Source: Candidatus Spongiisociaceae bacterium
Lineage (GTDB): Bacteria; Actinomycetota; Acidimicrobiia; Spongiisociales; Spongiisociaceae
Reading direction: 5' to 3'
Assembly (NCBI GenBank): GCA_965202665.1
Contig: OZ241841.1
Coordinates: 928,001 to 992,000, forward strand
Length of the DNA: 64,000 nucleotides
In this document: one piece after another, positions 27,856 to 36,844 of the stretch
Layout: every line of letters begins with the position of its first letter
Numbering within the stretch: the first letter of the stretch is position 1
The notes under the pieces: generated by a model
Seen by the model: only the letters and a program-made list of their open reading frames with translations
Told to the model about the DNA's origin: nothing
Databases searched by the model: none
Position numbers and translations under genes: made by a program

Positions 27856-29886
27856 ATGGGCGAGGCGACCCTGTCCGTGACTTTCACCCCCTCCGGCCGG
27901 CGGGGACGGGTCCCGGCGGGGAGCACCGCGCTGGAAGCGGGGCGGATGCTGGGAGTGGACATCGATTCGGTGTGCGGGGGGCGGGGATTGTGCGGCCGGT
28001 GCCAGATAACCCTCGGCTCGCAACCGGGCCTGCCCGCCGACCCCGGCCGCCTTTCCCCGCCCGGAACCCTGGAAACCTCCTATCGGGGCCGCCGGCCGCT
28101 ATTGGAAGGTTCCCGTCTGTCCTGCGCGGCCCGCCTGCTGGCCGACGCCGTGATCGACGTCCCGCCGCGCAGCCAGGTGAGGCAACAGGTGGTGCGCAAA
28201 CGGCCGGAGACGGCCAACTTCAACCTGAACCCGGTGGCGCGCCTGTATTACGTGGAGGTGGAGGAGCCGTCCATGAGCCGCCAAGCATCCGACTTGGCCC
28301 GCCTGCGGGAGGCCCTGCGCGACCAATGGGACTTGCCGGACCTGGAAACGGACCCGTCCGTTTTGCAAAACCTGCAAGAGTCCCTGCGGGCCGGGAAATG
28401 GACGGCCACCGTCTCCATCCACTACGGACGCATCATCACCGGCGTCTGGCCCGGCTTCCACGACCGGGCCCTGGGGGCGGCCTTCGACGTGGGTTCCACC
28501 ACCGTGGCCGGACATCTGTGCGACCTGTCCACCGGGGAGATTCTGGCCTCGGAGGGGATAATGAACCCGCAGATCCGGTTCGGCGAGGATCTGATGAGCC
28601 GCATTTCCTATGTGATGCTGAACGAGGACGGGGCGGCCCGGCTCACGGAAACCATCACCGCCGCCTTGGACGAGTTGGTGGGGGATTTGACGGCGGCGGC
28701 CGGGGCGGAGCGCACCGACGTTTTGGAGATAACCTTGGTCGGCAACCCCATCATGCACCATCTGGTCCTGGGTATCGACCCCCGCCGGCTGGGGGAGGCC
28801 CCGTTCGCCCTGGCCACCGACCGGGCGGTGAACGACCGGGCGGAGCGGATCGGCATCGCCGCCCATCCCGGGGCCCGCCTGTATGCGTTGCCGTGCGTGG
28901 CCGGGCATGTGGGGGCGGACGCGGCCGGGGCCGTGCTGTCGGAGGCCCCCCACCGCAGCCCGGTCACGCAGTTGCTGGTGGACGTGGGCACCAACGCCGA
29001 AATCGTGCTGGGCGACCGGGAGCGGCTGTTGGCCGCCTCCAGCCCCACCGGCCCCGCCTTTGAAGGGGCGGAGATCAGCAGCGGGCAACGAGCCTCGCCG
29101 GGGGCCATCGAACGAGTGCGGGTGGACCGGGAAACCCTGGAACCCCGTTTCAAGGTGATAGACGTGGACTTGTGGTCGGACGAGGAGGGATTCGCCGACG
29201 CCGTCCGCTCCACCGGAGTGACCGGCATATGCGGATCGGGGATCATCGAAGCGGTGGCCGAGTTGGCCCTGGCCGGGGCGGTGTCCGCCGACGGGCGCAT
29301 CCTGGAACGCGAACACCCCCGTCTGGGAAAGGAAGGGCGCACCCCCTTTTACCTGCTCCACGACGGGCCGGCCCGCATCACGGTCACCCAGACCGACGTG
29401 CGGGCCGTCCAGCTGGCCAAAGCCGCCCTCTACGCCGGCATCCGCTTGCTGATGGACCGCCTGGGGGTGGAGCAGGTGGATGAGATTCGCCTGGCGGGGG
29501 CTTTCGGATCCCACATCGACCCCTTGTACGCCATGGCCTTGGGTATGATTCCGGACTGCGACCCGGCCCGGGTGAAAGCGGCCGGCAACGCGGCCGGTAC
29601 CGGGGCGATTATCGCCTTGCTCTGCGCCGACGCCCGCCGGGAGATAGAAGAGTTGGCGGCCAAGATCGAGAAGGTGGAGACGGCGGTGGAACCCCGCTTC
29701 CAGGAGCATTTCGTGCAAGCCATGGCCATCCCGCACCTCTCCGCCCCCTACCCGCACCTGTCCCGGGCGTTGGACATCAGCGGCATCCCCGCCCCCGCCG
29801 TCGACCGGCCGCAACGCCGCCGCTCCCGCCGACCGGCCCCGGCGGAAAGGGCCGCCGCCCCCGTCGGAACGGGAGGGGGATTATGA
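27856..29886 (+). CDS. ASKHA-family reductive activator of corrinoid enzymes (RACo) with 2Fe-2S domain
   Basis: CGGRGLCGRC...RLSC, DVGSTT, FGEDLMSRI, DVGTNAE, GPAFEG, GICGSG, LAGAFG, GNAA. Confidence 0.92.
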   Translation: MGEATLSVTFTPSGRRGRVPAGSTALEAGRMLGVDIDSVCGGRGLCGRCQITLGSQPGLPADPGRLSPPGTLETSYRGRRPLLEGSRLSCAARLLADAVIDVPPRSQVRQQVVRKRPETANFNLNPVARLYYVEVEEPSMSRQASDLARLREALRDQWDLPDLETDPSVLQNLQESLRAGKWTATVSIHYGRIITGVWPGFHDRALGAAFDVGSTTVAGHLCDLSTGEILASEGIMNPQIRFGEDLMSRISYVMLNEDGAARLTETITAALDELVGDLTAAAGAERTDVLEITLVGNPIMHHLVLGIDPRRLGEAPFALATDRAVNDRAERIGIAAHPGARLYALPCVAGHVGADAAGAVLSEAPHRSPVTQLLVDVGTNAEIVLGDRERLLAASSPTGPAFEGAEISSGQRASPGAIERVRVDRETLEPRFKVIDVDLWSDEEGFADAVRSTGVTGICGSGIIEAVAELALAGAVSADGRILEREHPRLGKEGRTPFYLLHDGPARITVTQTDVRAVQLAKAALYAGIRLLMDRLGVEQVDEIRLAGAFGSHIDPLYAMALGMIPDCDPARVKAAGNAAGTGAIIALLCADARREIEELAAKIEKVETAVEPRFQEHFVQAMAIPHLSAPYPHLSRALDISGIPAPAVDRPQRRRSRRPAPAERAAAPVGTGGGL

Positions 29887-31430
29887 GCGAACGTCCCGGC
29901 CGCGGCGGGGGCCGCGCGGGGGGGCGGGCCGCCCGTCACGCGGCCCGCACCGCCAAAGTCATCAACCAGCAAAAGTTCCTGACCCGCAACCTGTCCCCCT
30001 GGCAGGCGCTGTCCGAAGAGGGGGCGGAACTGATCGAAAGCAACGCCGACCGCCTGCTGTGGGAGGTGGGGGTGGAGATAATGGACTTCCCGGAGGCCCT
30101 GCCCATCTTCGCCGACGGGGGGGCGGAGGTGGACGGGACCCGGGTGCGTTTCCCCCAGGGGATGTGCCGGGAGATAATCACCCGCTCCGCCCCCTCCTCG
30201 TTCACCCATCACGCCCGCAACCCGCAACGTTCGGTGGTCATCGGCGACCCGCACATCGTGTTCGCCCCCGCCTACGGCCCCCCTTTCGTACGGGATTTGG
30301 ACGGGGGCCGCCGCTACGCCGCCCTGGAAGACTTCGTCAACTTCGCCAAGCTGACCCACATGAGCCCGGCCCTCCAACACGGCGGCGGCACCCTGTGCGA
30401 ACCGGTGGACCTGCCGGTCAACAAACGCCATTTCGACATGCTCTACTCCCACATCCGCTACCACGACAAACCTTTTATGGCCTCGGTCACCGCCCCGGAA
30501 CGGGCCCAGGATTCGGTGGATATGGCGAAAATAGTGTTCGGATCCGACTTCGCGTCCGACAACACGGTGCTGATCGGCCTGTGCAACGCCAACTCGCCCC
30601 TGGTATGGGACCGGGCCATGCTCGGCTCGGCCAAGGTTCTGGCCGAAAACAACCAGTGTTCGCTAATTACCCCTTTCATCATCGCCGGGGCCATGTCGCC
30701 GGTGACGGTGGCCGCCACCGCCGCCCAGACCCTGGCCGAGGCGATGGCGGGAATGACTTTCACCCAGCTGGTGCGGCCGGGCGCCCCCGTCATTTTCGGA
30801 TCTTTCGCCGCCTCCATGTCCATGGCCACCGGCGCCCCCACCTTCGGTACCTCCGAAGCGGCCCTCATGCTGTTCGCGGTCAGCCAGTTGGCCCGGCGGC
30901 TGGGCGTTCCCTTCCGGGGCGGCGGCAACAAAACCGCCTCTAAAACCCCCGACGCCCAAGCCGCCTACGAGAGCATGATGACTTTCCTGCCCGCGGTGGG
31001 GGTCGGCGTCAACTTCGTGCTGCACGCCGCCGGATGGCTGGAAGGGGGCCTGACCATGGGCTACGAGAAGTTCATTTTGGACGCCGACCAAACGGGGATG
31101 ATGGCCAAACTGGCGGCCGGAGTGGACCTGTCGGAAAACGGTCAGGCGATGGAGCCCCTGTTGGGCAACGGGCCGGGCAAACACCACCTGGGCACCGACC
31201 ACACCATGGCCAACTTCGCCGACGCCTTCTGGGTGTCGGACTTGGCGGACGTGAACAGTTTCGAGCAGTGGGAGCTGGACGGGTCGCAGGATTCCATCAC
31301 CCGGGCCAACCGGGAGTGGAAGCGGAAACTGGACGAATACGAACCGCCGCCTTTGGACGAGGCCATGCACGAAGAACTGACCGCTTGGATCGCCGCCCGC
31401 AAAGCGGCCTTCCCCGACTCCAACGTTTGA
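29883..31430 (+). CDS. Trimethylamine methyltransferase (MttB) family, non-pyrrolysine; possibly glycine-betaine methyltransferase
   Basis: FAPAYGPPFVRD, NANSPL, GAMSPVT, GAPTFGT, KTPDAQAAYES, HAAGWLEGGL; no in-frame TAG. Confidence 0.9.
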   Translation: MSERPGRGGGRAGGRAARHAARTAKVINQQKFLTRNLSPWQALSEEGAELIESNADRLLWEVGVEIMDFPEALPIFADGGAEVDGTRVRFPQGMCREIITRSAPSSFTHHARNPQRSVVIGDPHIVFAPAYGPPFVRDLDGGRRYAALEDFVNFAKLTHMSPALQHGGGTLCEPVDLPVNKRHFDMLYSHIRYHDKPFMASVTAPERAQDSVDMAKIVFGSDFASDNTVLIGLCNANSPLVWDRAMLGSAKVLAENNQCSLITPFIIAGAMSPVTVAATAAQTLAEAMAGMTFTQLVRPGAPVIFGSFAASMSMATGAPTFGTSEAALMLFAVSQLARRLGVPFRGGGNKTASKTPDAQAAYESMMTFLPAVGVGVNFVLHAAGWLEGGLTMGYEKFILDADQTGMMAKLAAGVDLSENGQAMEPLLGNGPGKHHLGTDHTMANFADAFWVSDLADVNSFEQWELDGSQDSITRANREWKRKLDEYEPPPLDEAMHEELTAWIAARKAAFPDSNV

Positions 31431-31441
31431 CCGGCGGCGGC

Positions 31442-32293
31442 ATGGGCAGGCAGACGCGGTTGGACGATGCGGGGCGGGCCGCCCTGCGGCGCCTGTTGGA
31501 ACATCCCAAGTTCGAGCTGATTCCCCTGCGCAACGCGCTGGAGCAGGCCCGCTTCCTGCCGGAGGGGGCCGCGGTGTCGGTCACCGCCTCCCCCACCAAA
31601 ACCTTGGAGGACACCATGCAACTGGCGGAGGAGCTGTCGCAGATGGGTTTTGCGGCCATCCCCCACCTGTCGGCCCGCATGACCAAGGACCGGGCCCACT
31701 TGGCGTCCCTGCTGAAACGGATGGAGCATGCCGGCCTGAGCAGGATTTTCCTGGTGGGCGGGGACGCCAAGCATCCGGGCGAGTTCTACGACGCTTTCTC
31801 CCTGCTGACGGCCATGAACGAAATCGGCCATCATCTGACCGAAATCGGCGTCACCTCCTATCCGGAGGGGCATCCGCTCATCCCCGAACCGAAACTGCAT
31901 CAGGCCCTGCGAGACAAGCAACCCCACGCCTCCTACATGACCACCCAGATGTGCTTCGACCCGCAGGCCATCGGCGACTTCATCCGCGGGCGGCGGGCGG
32001 ACGGAATCGGGTTGCCGGTCCATTTGGGGTTGCCGGGGGTGGCGGAGCGGCTGAAACTGATCAGCATTTCCACCCGCATCGGGGTGGGGCAGTCGGTGCG
32101 GTTCCTGTCCAAACATCGGGGCCTGGTCAGGCGGTTCCTGAAACCGAAGGGTTACACCCCGGATCCCTTGTTGGAGGGCTTGGCCCCGGTGTTGCTCGAC
32201 CCGCAGACAATGGTGCAAGGGACGCACATTTACACTTTCAACCAGTGCGAAACCACCGAACGGTGGCGGACGGAGTACCTGGAATCCCTGTAA
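31442..32293 (+). CDS. metF: Methylenetetrahydrofolate reductase
   Basis: IPHLSAR, LVGGD, SYPEGHP, TQMCFD, HIYTFNQ. Confidence 0.85.
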   Translation: MGRQTRLDDAGRAALRRLLEHPKFELIPLRNALEQARFLPEGAAVSVTASPTKTLEDTMQLAEELSQMGFAAIPHLSARMTKDRAHLASLLKRMEHAGLSRIFLVGGDAKHPGEFYDAFSLLTAMNEIGHHLTEIGVTSYPEGHPLIPEPKLHQALRDKQPHASYMTTQMCFDPQAIGDFIRGRRADGIGLPVHLGLPGVAERLKLISISTRIGVGQSVRFLSKHRGLVRRFLKPKGYTPDPLLEGLAPVLLDPQTMVQGTHIYTFNQCETTERWRTEYLESL

Positions 32294-32314
32294 CCGGGCG
32301 GGTAGATTGAAACG

Positions 32315-34069
32315 ATGGAAGGCGTAACCGCCCGATTCGACGACCTGCGGAACGGCGGGCGGGGCGGCTTGGAGTTGCTGGACCCGCAACAGGTCCTGAC
32401 CGCCTCTTCGTTGACGGAAGTGCGAGGGGCGGCGGCCGCGGCGCAGGCGGCGGCGGAGGCGGGCCGGTGGGTAGCCGGGTTCGTGTCCTACGAGGCGGCC
32501 CCCGCTTTCGATGCGGCCCTGCCGGTGCGCCCTCCCCGGCCCGGCCTGCCTTTGGCCTGGTTTGCGGTTTTCGGATCGGCCCGCCCCGCCCCCCTCCCCC
32601 CGGGCGGCCCCTGCCGCACGCCGGATTGGGAGCCGGAACTGGACTTCCCCGCCTACCGCGCCCGCATCGAAGCCATCGCCGACCGGATAGCGGCCGGCGA
32701 CACCTACCAAACCAATTTCACGATGCGGTGGCGGGGGCGGGTGGAAGGCGACCTCCGTTCGTTCTACCGCCGCCTGGCCGCGGGGCAACGGGGCGGGTAC
32801 AACGCTTTGCTGACCACCGGCCGGTGGGCGGTGGTTTCCGCCTCCCCGGAACTGTTTTTCCGCCGGGAGGGACGGCGGGTGGTGACCCGTCCCATGAAAG
32901 GCACCATCCCCCGCGGCCGATGGGAGGGGGAGGACCGCAATCACCGGGAACGATTGCTGTCCTCCGGCAAGGACCGGGCGGAAAACGTGATGGTGGTGGA
33001 CCTGGTGCGCAACGACTTGGGGAGGGCGGCCCGGTTCGGAACGGTGGCGGTGGAGGAACTGTTCGGGATCGAACGTTTGGAAACGGTGTGGCAGATGACT
33101 TCCACGGTGGCCGCCGAAACCCGTCCCGGAACGGGTTTGGACGACCTGTTGGCGGCCATGTTTCCCTGCGCCTCGGTGACCGGGGCGCCCAAACGGGCCG
33201 CCATGGAACTCATCCGCTCCTTGGAAGTTTCCCCCCGGGGGGTGTACTGCGGGGCGGTCGGGCTGTTGCCGCCCCCCGGTTCGGGATGGCCCGCCGCCCG
33301 GTTTTCGGTGGCTATCCGCACCGCCTTGGTGGACCTGGCCGACCGGTCGGCCGAATACGGGGCGGGCGGGGGAATAGTGCACGAGTCCACCGCCGCCGGT
33401 GAATACGCCGAGGCGCTGGCCAAAACCCGGGTGCTGACCGCCCGCCGCCCGCCGGTGACCCTGCTGGAAACCATGCGCTGGGATCCGGGAACCGGGATCT
33501 GGCTGGGCGAACGTCATCTGAACCGAATGCGCTCCTCCGCCCGCTACTTCGGCTTCCCCCTGCCGGAAGCGGAAATCGCCGACCGGTTGCGGGAGTTGGA
33601 CGAGGCCGGTTCGGCGGTTCCGTTGCGGGTGCGGTTGCTGGCGGCGGAAGACGGGCGGACTTCGCTGGAATGGTCCCCCATCGTTCCCGGCCCGGCGGTG
33701 GTGGGCTTGGCGGTGGACGACCGGCCCATCGACCGCGCCGATCGCCTGCGCTATCACAAGACCTCCCGCAGGCGGGCCTACCAGGAGGCGGCCGCCCGTC
33801 ATCCGGCCGCCGACGACGTAATCCTGGTCAACGAACGGCGGGAAGCGGTGGAGACGACCGTCGCCAATCTGGCCGCCCGCGTGGAAGACGAATGGCTGAC
33901 CCCTCCTTTGGACGCCGGGTGCCTGCCCGGAACCTACCGGGAGGAACTGATCGACGGGGGGGCGTTGCGCGAACATCCCCTGTTCGTCGCCGACTTGGCC
34001 GACGCCGACGAGTTGGCGGTCGTTAATTCCGTGCACGGCTGGCGCCCCGCCAAGCTGACCTACGCCTGA
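32315..34069 (+). CDS. pabB: Aminodeoxychorismate synthase component I fused to class IV aminotransferase/ADC lyase
   Basis: GDTYQTN, SASPELF, PMKGT, KDRAENVMVVDLVRNDL, FPCASVTGAPK, then LLETM, YHKT, GCLPGTYR. Confidence 0.9.
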   Translation: MEGVTARFDDLRNGGRGGLELLDPQQVLTASSLTEVRGAAAAAQAAAEAGRWVAGFVSYEAAPAFDAALPVRPPRPGLPLAWFAVFGSARPAPLPPGGPCRTPDWEPELDFPAYRARIEAIADRIAAGDTYQTNFTMRWRGRVEGDLRSFYRRLAAGQRGGYNALLTTGRWAVVSASPELFFRREGRRVVTRPMKGTIPRGRWEGEDRNHRERLLSSGKDRAENVMVVDLVRNDLGRAARFGTVAVEELFGIERLETVWQMTSTVAAETRPGTGLDDLLAAMFPCASVTGAPKRAAMELIRSLEVSPRGVYCGAVGLLPPPGSGWPAARFSVAIRTALVDLADRSAEYGAGGGIVHESTAAGEYAEALAKTRVLTARRPPVTLLETMRWDPGTGIWLGERHLNRMRSSARYFGFPLPEAEIADRLRELDEAGSAVPLRVRLLAAEDGRTSLEWSPIVPGPAVVGLAVDDRPIDRADRLRYHKTSRRRAYQEAAARHPAADDVILVNERREAVETTVANLAARVEDEWLTPPLDAGCLPGTYREELIDGGALREHPLFVADLADADELAVVNSVHGWRPAKLTYA

Positions 34070-35367
34070 CTTTCCAAAGGCAGGGCCGGTTGGTCCATTT
34101 CCGGCAAACCCGGCCCCCATAATCCGGCGATCGGGACGGCGTAAATGCCTTCATAGATCCGATATTGGTTGCGTCCGGCGTGAAACACCACCGCTCCGTC
34201 GAACCGCTCCCCCGCCACTTCGTCCCGAAACCAGAGCAAATGGCGGGCGTCGTCCCGGTCCGGTTCCCGTCCGGCCTTGAACTCAAAGGCGATCAGCTTC
34301 TGGCCGCGTTCGGCCACCATGTCTATCTCGCGTTCCCCATTGCGGACGCGGAGGTGGTAGAGGCTGACGGCGGCTTCGGAAACATCCGCTTCCACTCGCA
34401 ACTGGGCGGCTATGAACGTGTCGACAAAGCGACCGAGCAAATCGTCGTTGCCGTAGATGTCGTCCACGGTCAGCCCGACCGCGGCGGCCGCCAAACCGGG
34501 ATCGACGAAATACCGTTTCGCCTGTTCCGTCATCAGACGTCGCCCGAGACTGCCCGCCCAGGGGGGAACTTCGTCGACGATGCCCATGGCGGTAAGCACC
34601 TCCAAGTAACCGTTGGCGGTGCGCGTCCCCAGGCCGTCGATCGGCCTCATGATGGTCTGGTGCGGAACCACCCCGGCGGTGTTGAGGGCGTAGGACTTGA
34701 GATACTGGCCGAACCGCCGCGGTTCCCGATTACGGCCGCGCGGGGCGTCGTATAACGGAAGATCGCGGCTGACGATCATATCAACATACGATTTGAGCCG
34801 CCGCCTCCGTTGCCGTTCGTCGTCTATGGCGGCTACATCCGGCAAGCCGCCCGCCAAGGCAATCTGCAGATACTCCCGCAAGGTGGGGACCGGGTCGGGG
34901 AGGCTGAACCTGGCATCCTCGTCATCCCACCGGTCGAAGAGGGAGACCGCCGTCGCCGAACCGCAAACTTCGCGCCCTGTCAGTCCCCGCATACGAAGAT
35001 GGATCGCCCGGCCGGTGAGCGGCCATTGGTCGGTGAACAGGTCGTTGCGAGTTGAGCCGGTAATGATGTAGCGGCCCGCTCCCCGCTCCTCGTCTATTTT
35101 GCGCTTCACCGCCCAGAGAACCTCCGGTTGTATCTGCCACTCGTCGATGAGCAACGGCGGCGCGTTGGTCACGGCCCCGGTCGGATCGGTCTCAACCAGG
35201 GTGAGATCCCCCGGATCGTCGAGGAGGAGACGGGAATTTGCGTGCGCGGAACCGGTACTGGTCTTGCCCACTCCCCGCGGACCGGTGATAATCACCGCCG
35301 GATGCCATTTGAGAACATCGGTGAGAACATTGTCCAGTATGCGGGGAATGTACGCGGCATCGGCCAT
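34060..35367 (-). CDS. AAA_14-type ATPase with C-terminal DUF4143-like PD-(D/E)xK nuclease domain
   Basis: YIPR, GPRGVGKT, LLIDEWQ, ITGS, LTGRA, KRYFVDPGL, REIDMV...AFEFK; TAGGAT 7 nt before ATG 35367 (alternative start 35376). Confidence 0.88.
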   Translation of the reverse strand: MADAAYIPRILDNVLTDVLKWHPAVIITGPRGVGKTSTGSAHANSRLLLDDPGDLTLVETDPTGAVTNAPPLLIDEWQIQPEVLWAVKRKIDEERGAGRYIITGSTRNDLFTDQWPLTGRAIHLRMRGLTGREVCGSATAVSLFDRWDDEDARFSLPDPVPTLREYLQIALAGGLPDVAAIDDERQRRRRLKSYVDMIVSRDLPLYDAPRGRNREPRRFGQYLKSYALNTAGVVPHQTIMRPIDGLGTRTANGYLEVLTAMGIVDEVPPWAGSLGRRLMTEQAKRYFVDPGLAAAAVGLTVDDIYGNDDLLGRFVDTFIAAQLRVEADVSEAAVSLYHLRVRNGEREIDMVAERGQKLIAFEFKAGREPDRDDARHLLWFRDEVAGERFDGAVVFHAGRNQYRIYEGIYAVPIAGLWGPGLPEMDQPALPLESQA

Positions 35368-35404
35368 GTCATCCATCCTAAGGGCTCGCTTTTTAGGATA
35401 CTTG

Positions 35405-35527
35405 CCACCCCATTATAACACCAAACGCAACCCCATTACAACACCAAACGCAACCCCATTACAACACCAAACGCAACCCCATTACAACACCAAATACAAC
35501 CCCATTACAACACCAAACGCAACCCCA
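35405..35527. repeat. 23-bp tandem repeat, ~5.3 copies (CAACCCCATTACAACACCAAACG)
   Basis: CATTA recurs at 35411, 35434, 35457, 35480, 35503; only a few substitutions. Confidence 0.97.
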
Positions 35528-35549
35528 CCAGCGACCCGATGCCTAGGAG

Positions 35550-36209
35550 TCATCCAACTATGAGAACGGTCGCGGTTATCAGAAATAACGCAAACAGGAG
35601 GGATCCCAGACAACCGAGACGTTTGCGAGGGCGAGGGGCCTGGTCGGGTGCGGGAGCAACAGGCGGCGGCTGGTGCTCCCGCAGGACTTCACCGGTGATT
35701 TCGGTAAGTTCGCGCTGTTCGGCCCGGGCGGCCGCCGCCTGTTGCCTAAGCCGGTCCAGTTCCCGCCTCCCGGCTTCGTCCAACCAGCGGCGATCCACCT
35801 TGCCCAACTCAATCGCGGCCCGCGCCGGGTCCAACCGCCCCAAGGCGTCGCCCGCGGCCTGCATGCGCAGTTGCGCCGAACTCCGATTGCGTTCCCGACG
35901 AAGCCGCGCCCCGTCCAAGTGCACTCGCGCTCCCCGTTGCAGTTCGGGGGCGAGCAGTCGCAGCAACAGGTCGGTGGCCGGGTCGTCCGCCAACGCCAGC
36001 AACCCCTCGTAATGGTCGGCGCGGGCCAGCGACTGTATCCGCCCCGCCAACTGCCCGGCCTGTTGGGCGGCTTCCTCCCGGGCGATCTTGATTTTCGCCA
36101 GAAGTTGAGCGCGCACCGCCGGCTCGCACCCTTTGGCGTGGGCGAGGGCGCCTTCAAAATCAAGCCCTTCCAGGGCCTGTTCGAATTCTGGGCCGGCGGC
36201 ATCGGACAT
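35550..36209 (-). CDS. Hypothetical helical protein with C-terminal membrane anchor
   Basis: 219 aa Ala/Arg/Leu-rich, ends RKRLGCLGSLLFALFLITATVLIVG. Confidence 0.7.
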   Translation of the reverse strand: MSDAAGPEFEQALEGLDFEGALAHAKGCEPAVRAQLLAKIKIAREEAAQQAGQLAGRIQSLARADHYEGLLALADDPATDLLLRLLAPELQRGARVHLDGARLRRERNRSSAQLRMQAAGDALGRLDPARAAIELGKVDRRWLDEAGRRELDRLRQQAAAARAEQRELTEITGEVLREHQPPPVAPAPDQAPRPRKRLGCLGSLLFALFLITATVLIVG

Positions 36210-36310
36210 GACCCGCCCAGGTTACCCCCTTCCCTCCCCCGCTCTGTCCGCCGGAGCGGCTAGACTGCGGCGCGCATCGCTAATCGGATAGTTCATCTTG
36301 GGAGGAGCCC

Positions 36311-36808
36311 ATGAGTCAACCAGCCAGCCCCGCCGCCATGACCGGATGGGTTACTTTGGGCAACGGCGAACAAAAAGAGCTGGCCGGCATGGGAAGCAGG
36401 CTGGGCGCCCGGATCATCGATTGGATACTGGTGGTGGTCGCGTCGGTGATCGTGCTGATCGTCCTTTTCGGAGGGCTGGGACGTACCGAGAGGGGTTTTT
36501 TTGCGGCCCTTTTTCTAAGCCTGCTGGTAATAGCGGCCATAGTTCTGCTTTATGAGTGGACGATGATCGCCGTCTTGGGGCAGACTTTGGGCAAGAAGTG
36601 GACCGGGGTGAAAGTGGTCCGGGCGGACAACGGCGCCGTTCCGGGATGGGGCAAGTCGTTCGTTCGGTGGCTCATCCCCGGGCTGGTCAACATAATTCCA
36701 GTTGTCGGCAATATCGCCTTCCTCTTGGTCTACCTGTCCCCGGTGTTCTCCAAAACGCGCCAAGGTTGGCACGATATGGCCGCCGCCACCGTGGTGGTGA
36801 AATCCTGA
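36311..36808 (+). CDS. RDD family membrane protein
   Basis: RLGARIID, GQTLGK, RQGWHDMAAATVVV. Confidence 0.9.
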   Translation: MSQPASPAAMTGWVTLGNGEQKELAGMGSRLGARIIDWILVVVASVIVLIVLFGGLGRTERGFFAALFLSLLVIAAIVLLYEWTMIAVLGQTLGKKWTGVKVVRADNGAVPGWGKSFVRWLIPGLVNIIPVVGNIAFLLVYLSPVFSKTRQGWHDMAAATVVVKS

Positions 36809-36844
36809 ACCGGGCAACTTCCGCTCTTTTCCCAGGGGGCCGCG

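Noticed and set aside
29883-31430. Pyrrolysine-containing MttB / amber recoding
   Set aside because: ORF is open with no in-frame TAG; no pyl genes seen; the TAG at 8653 is explained by a 6-bp duplication
35405-35527. CRISPR array
   Set aside because: Units are directly adjacent with no unique spacers; no cas genes in the window
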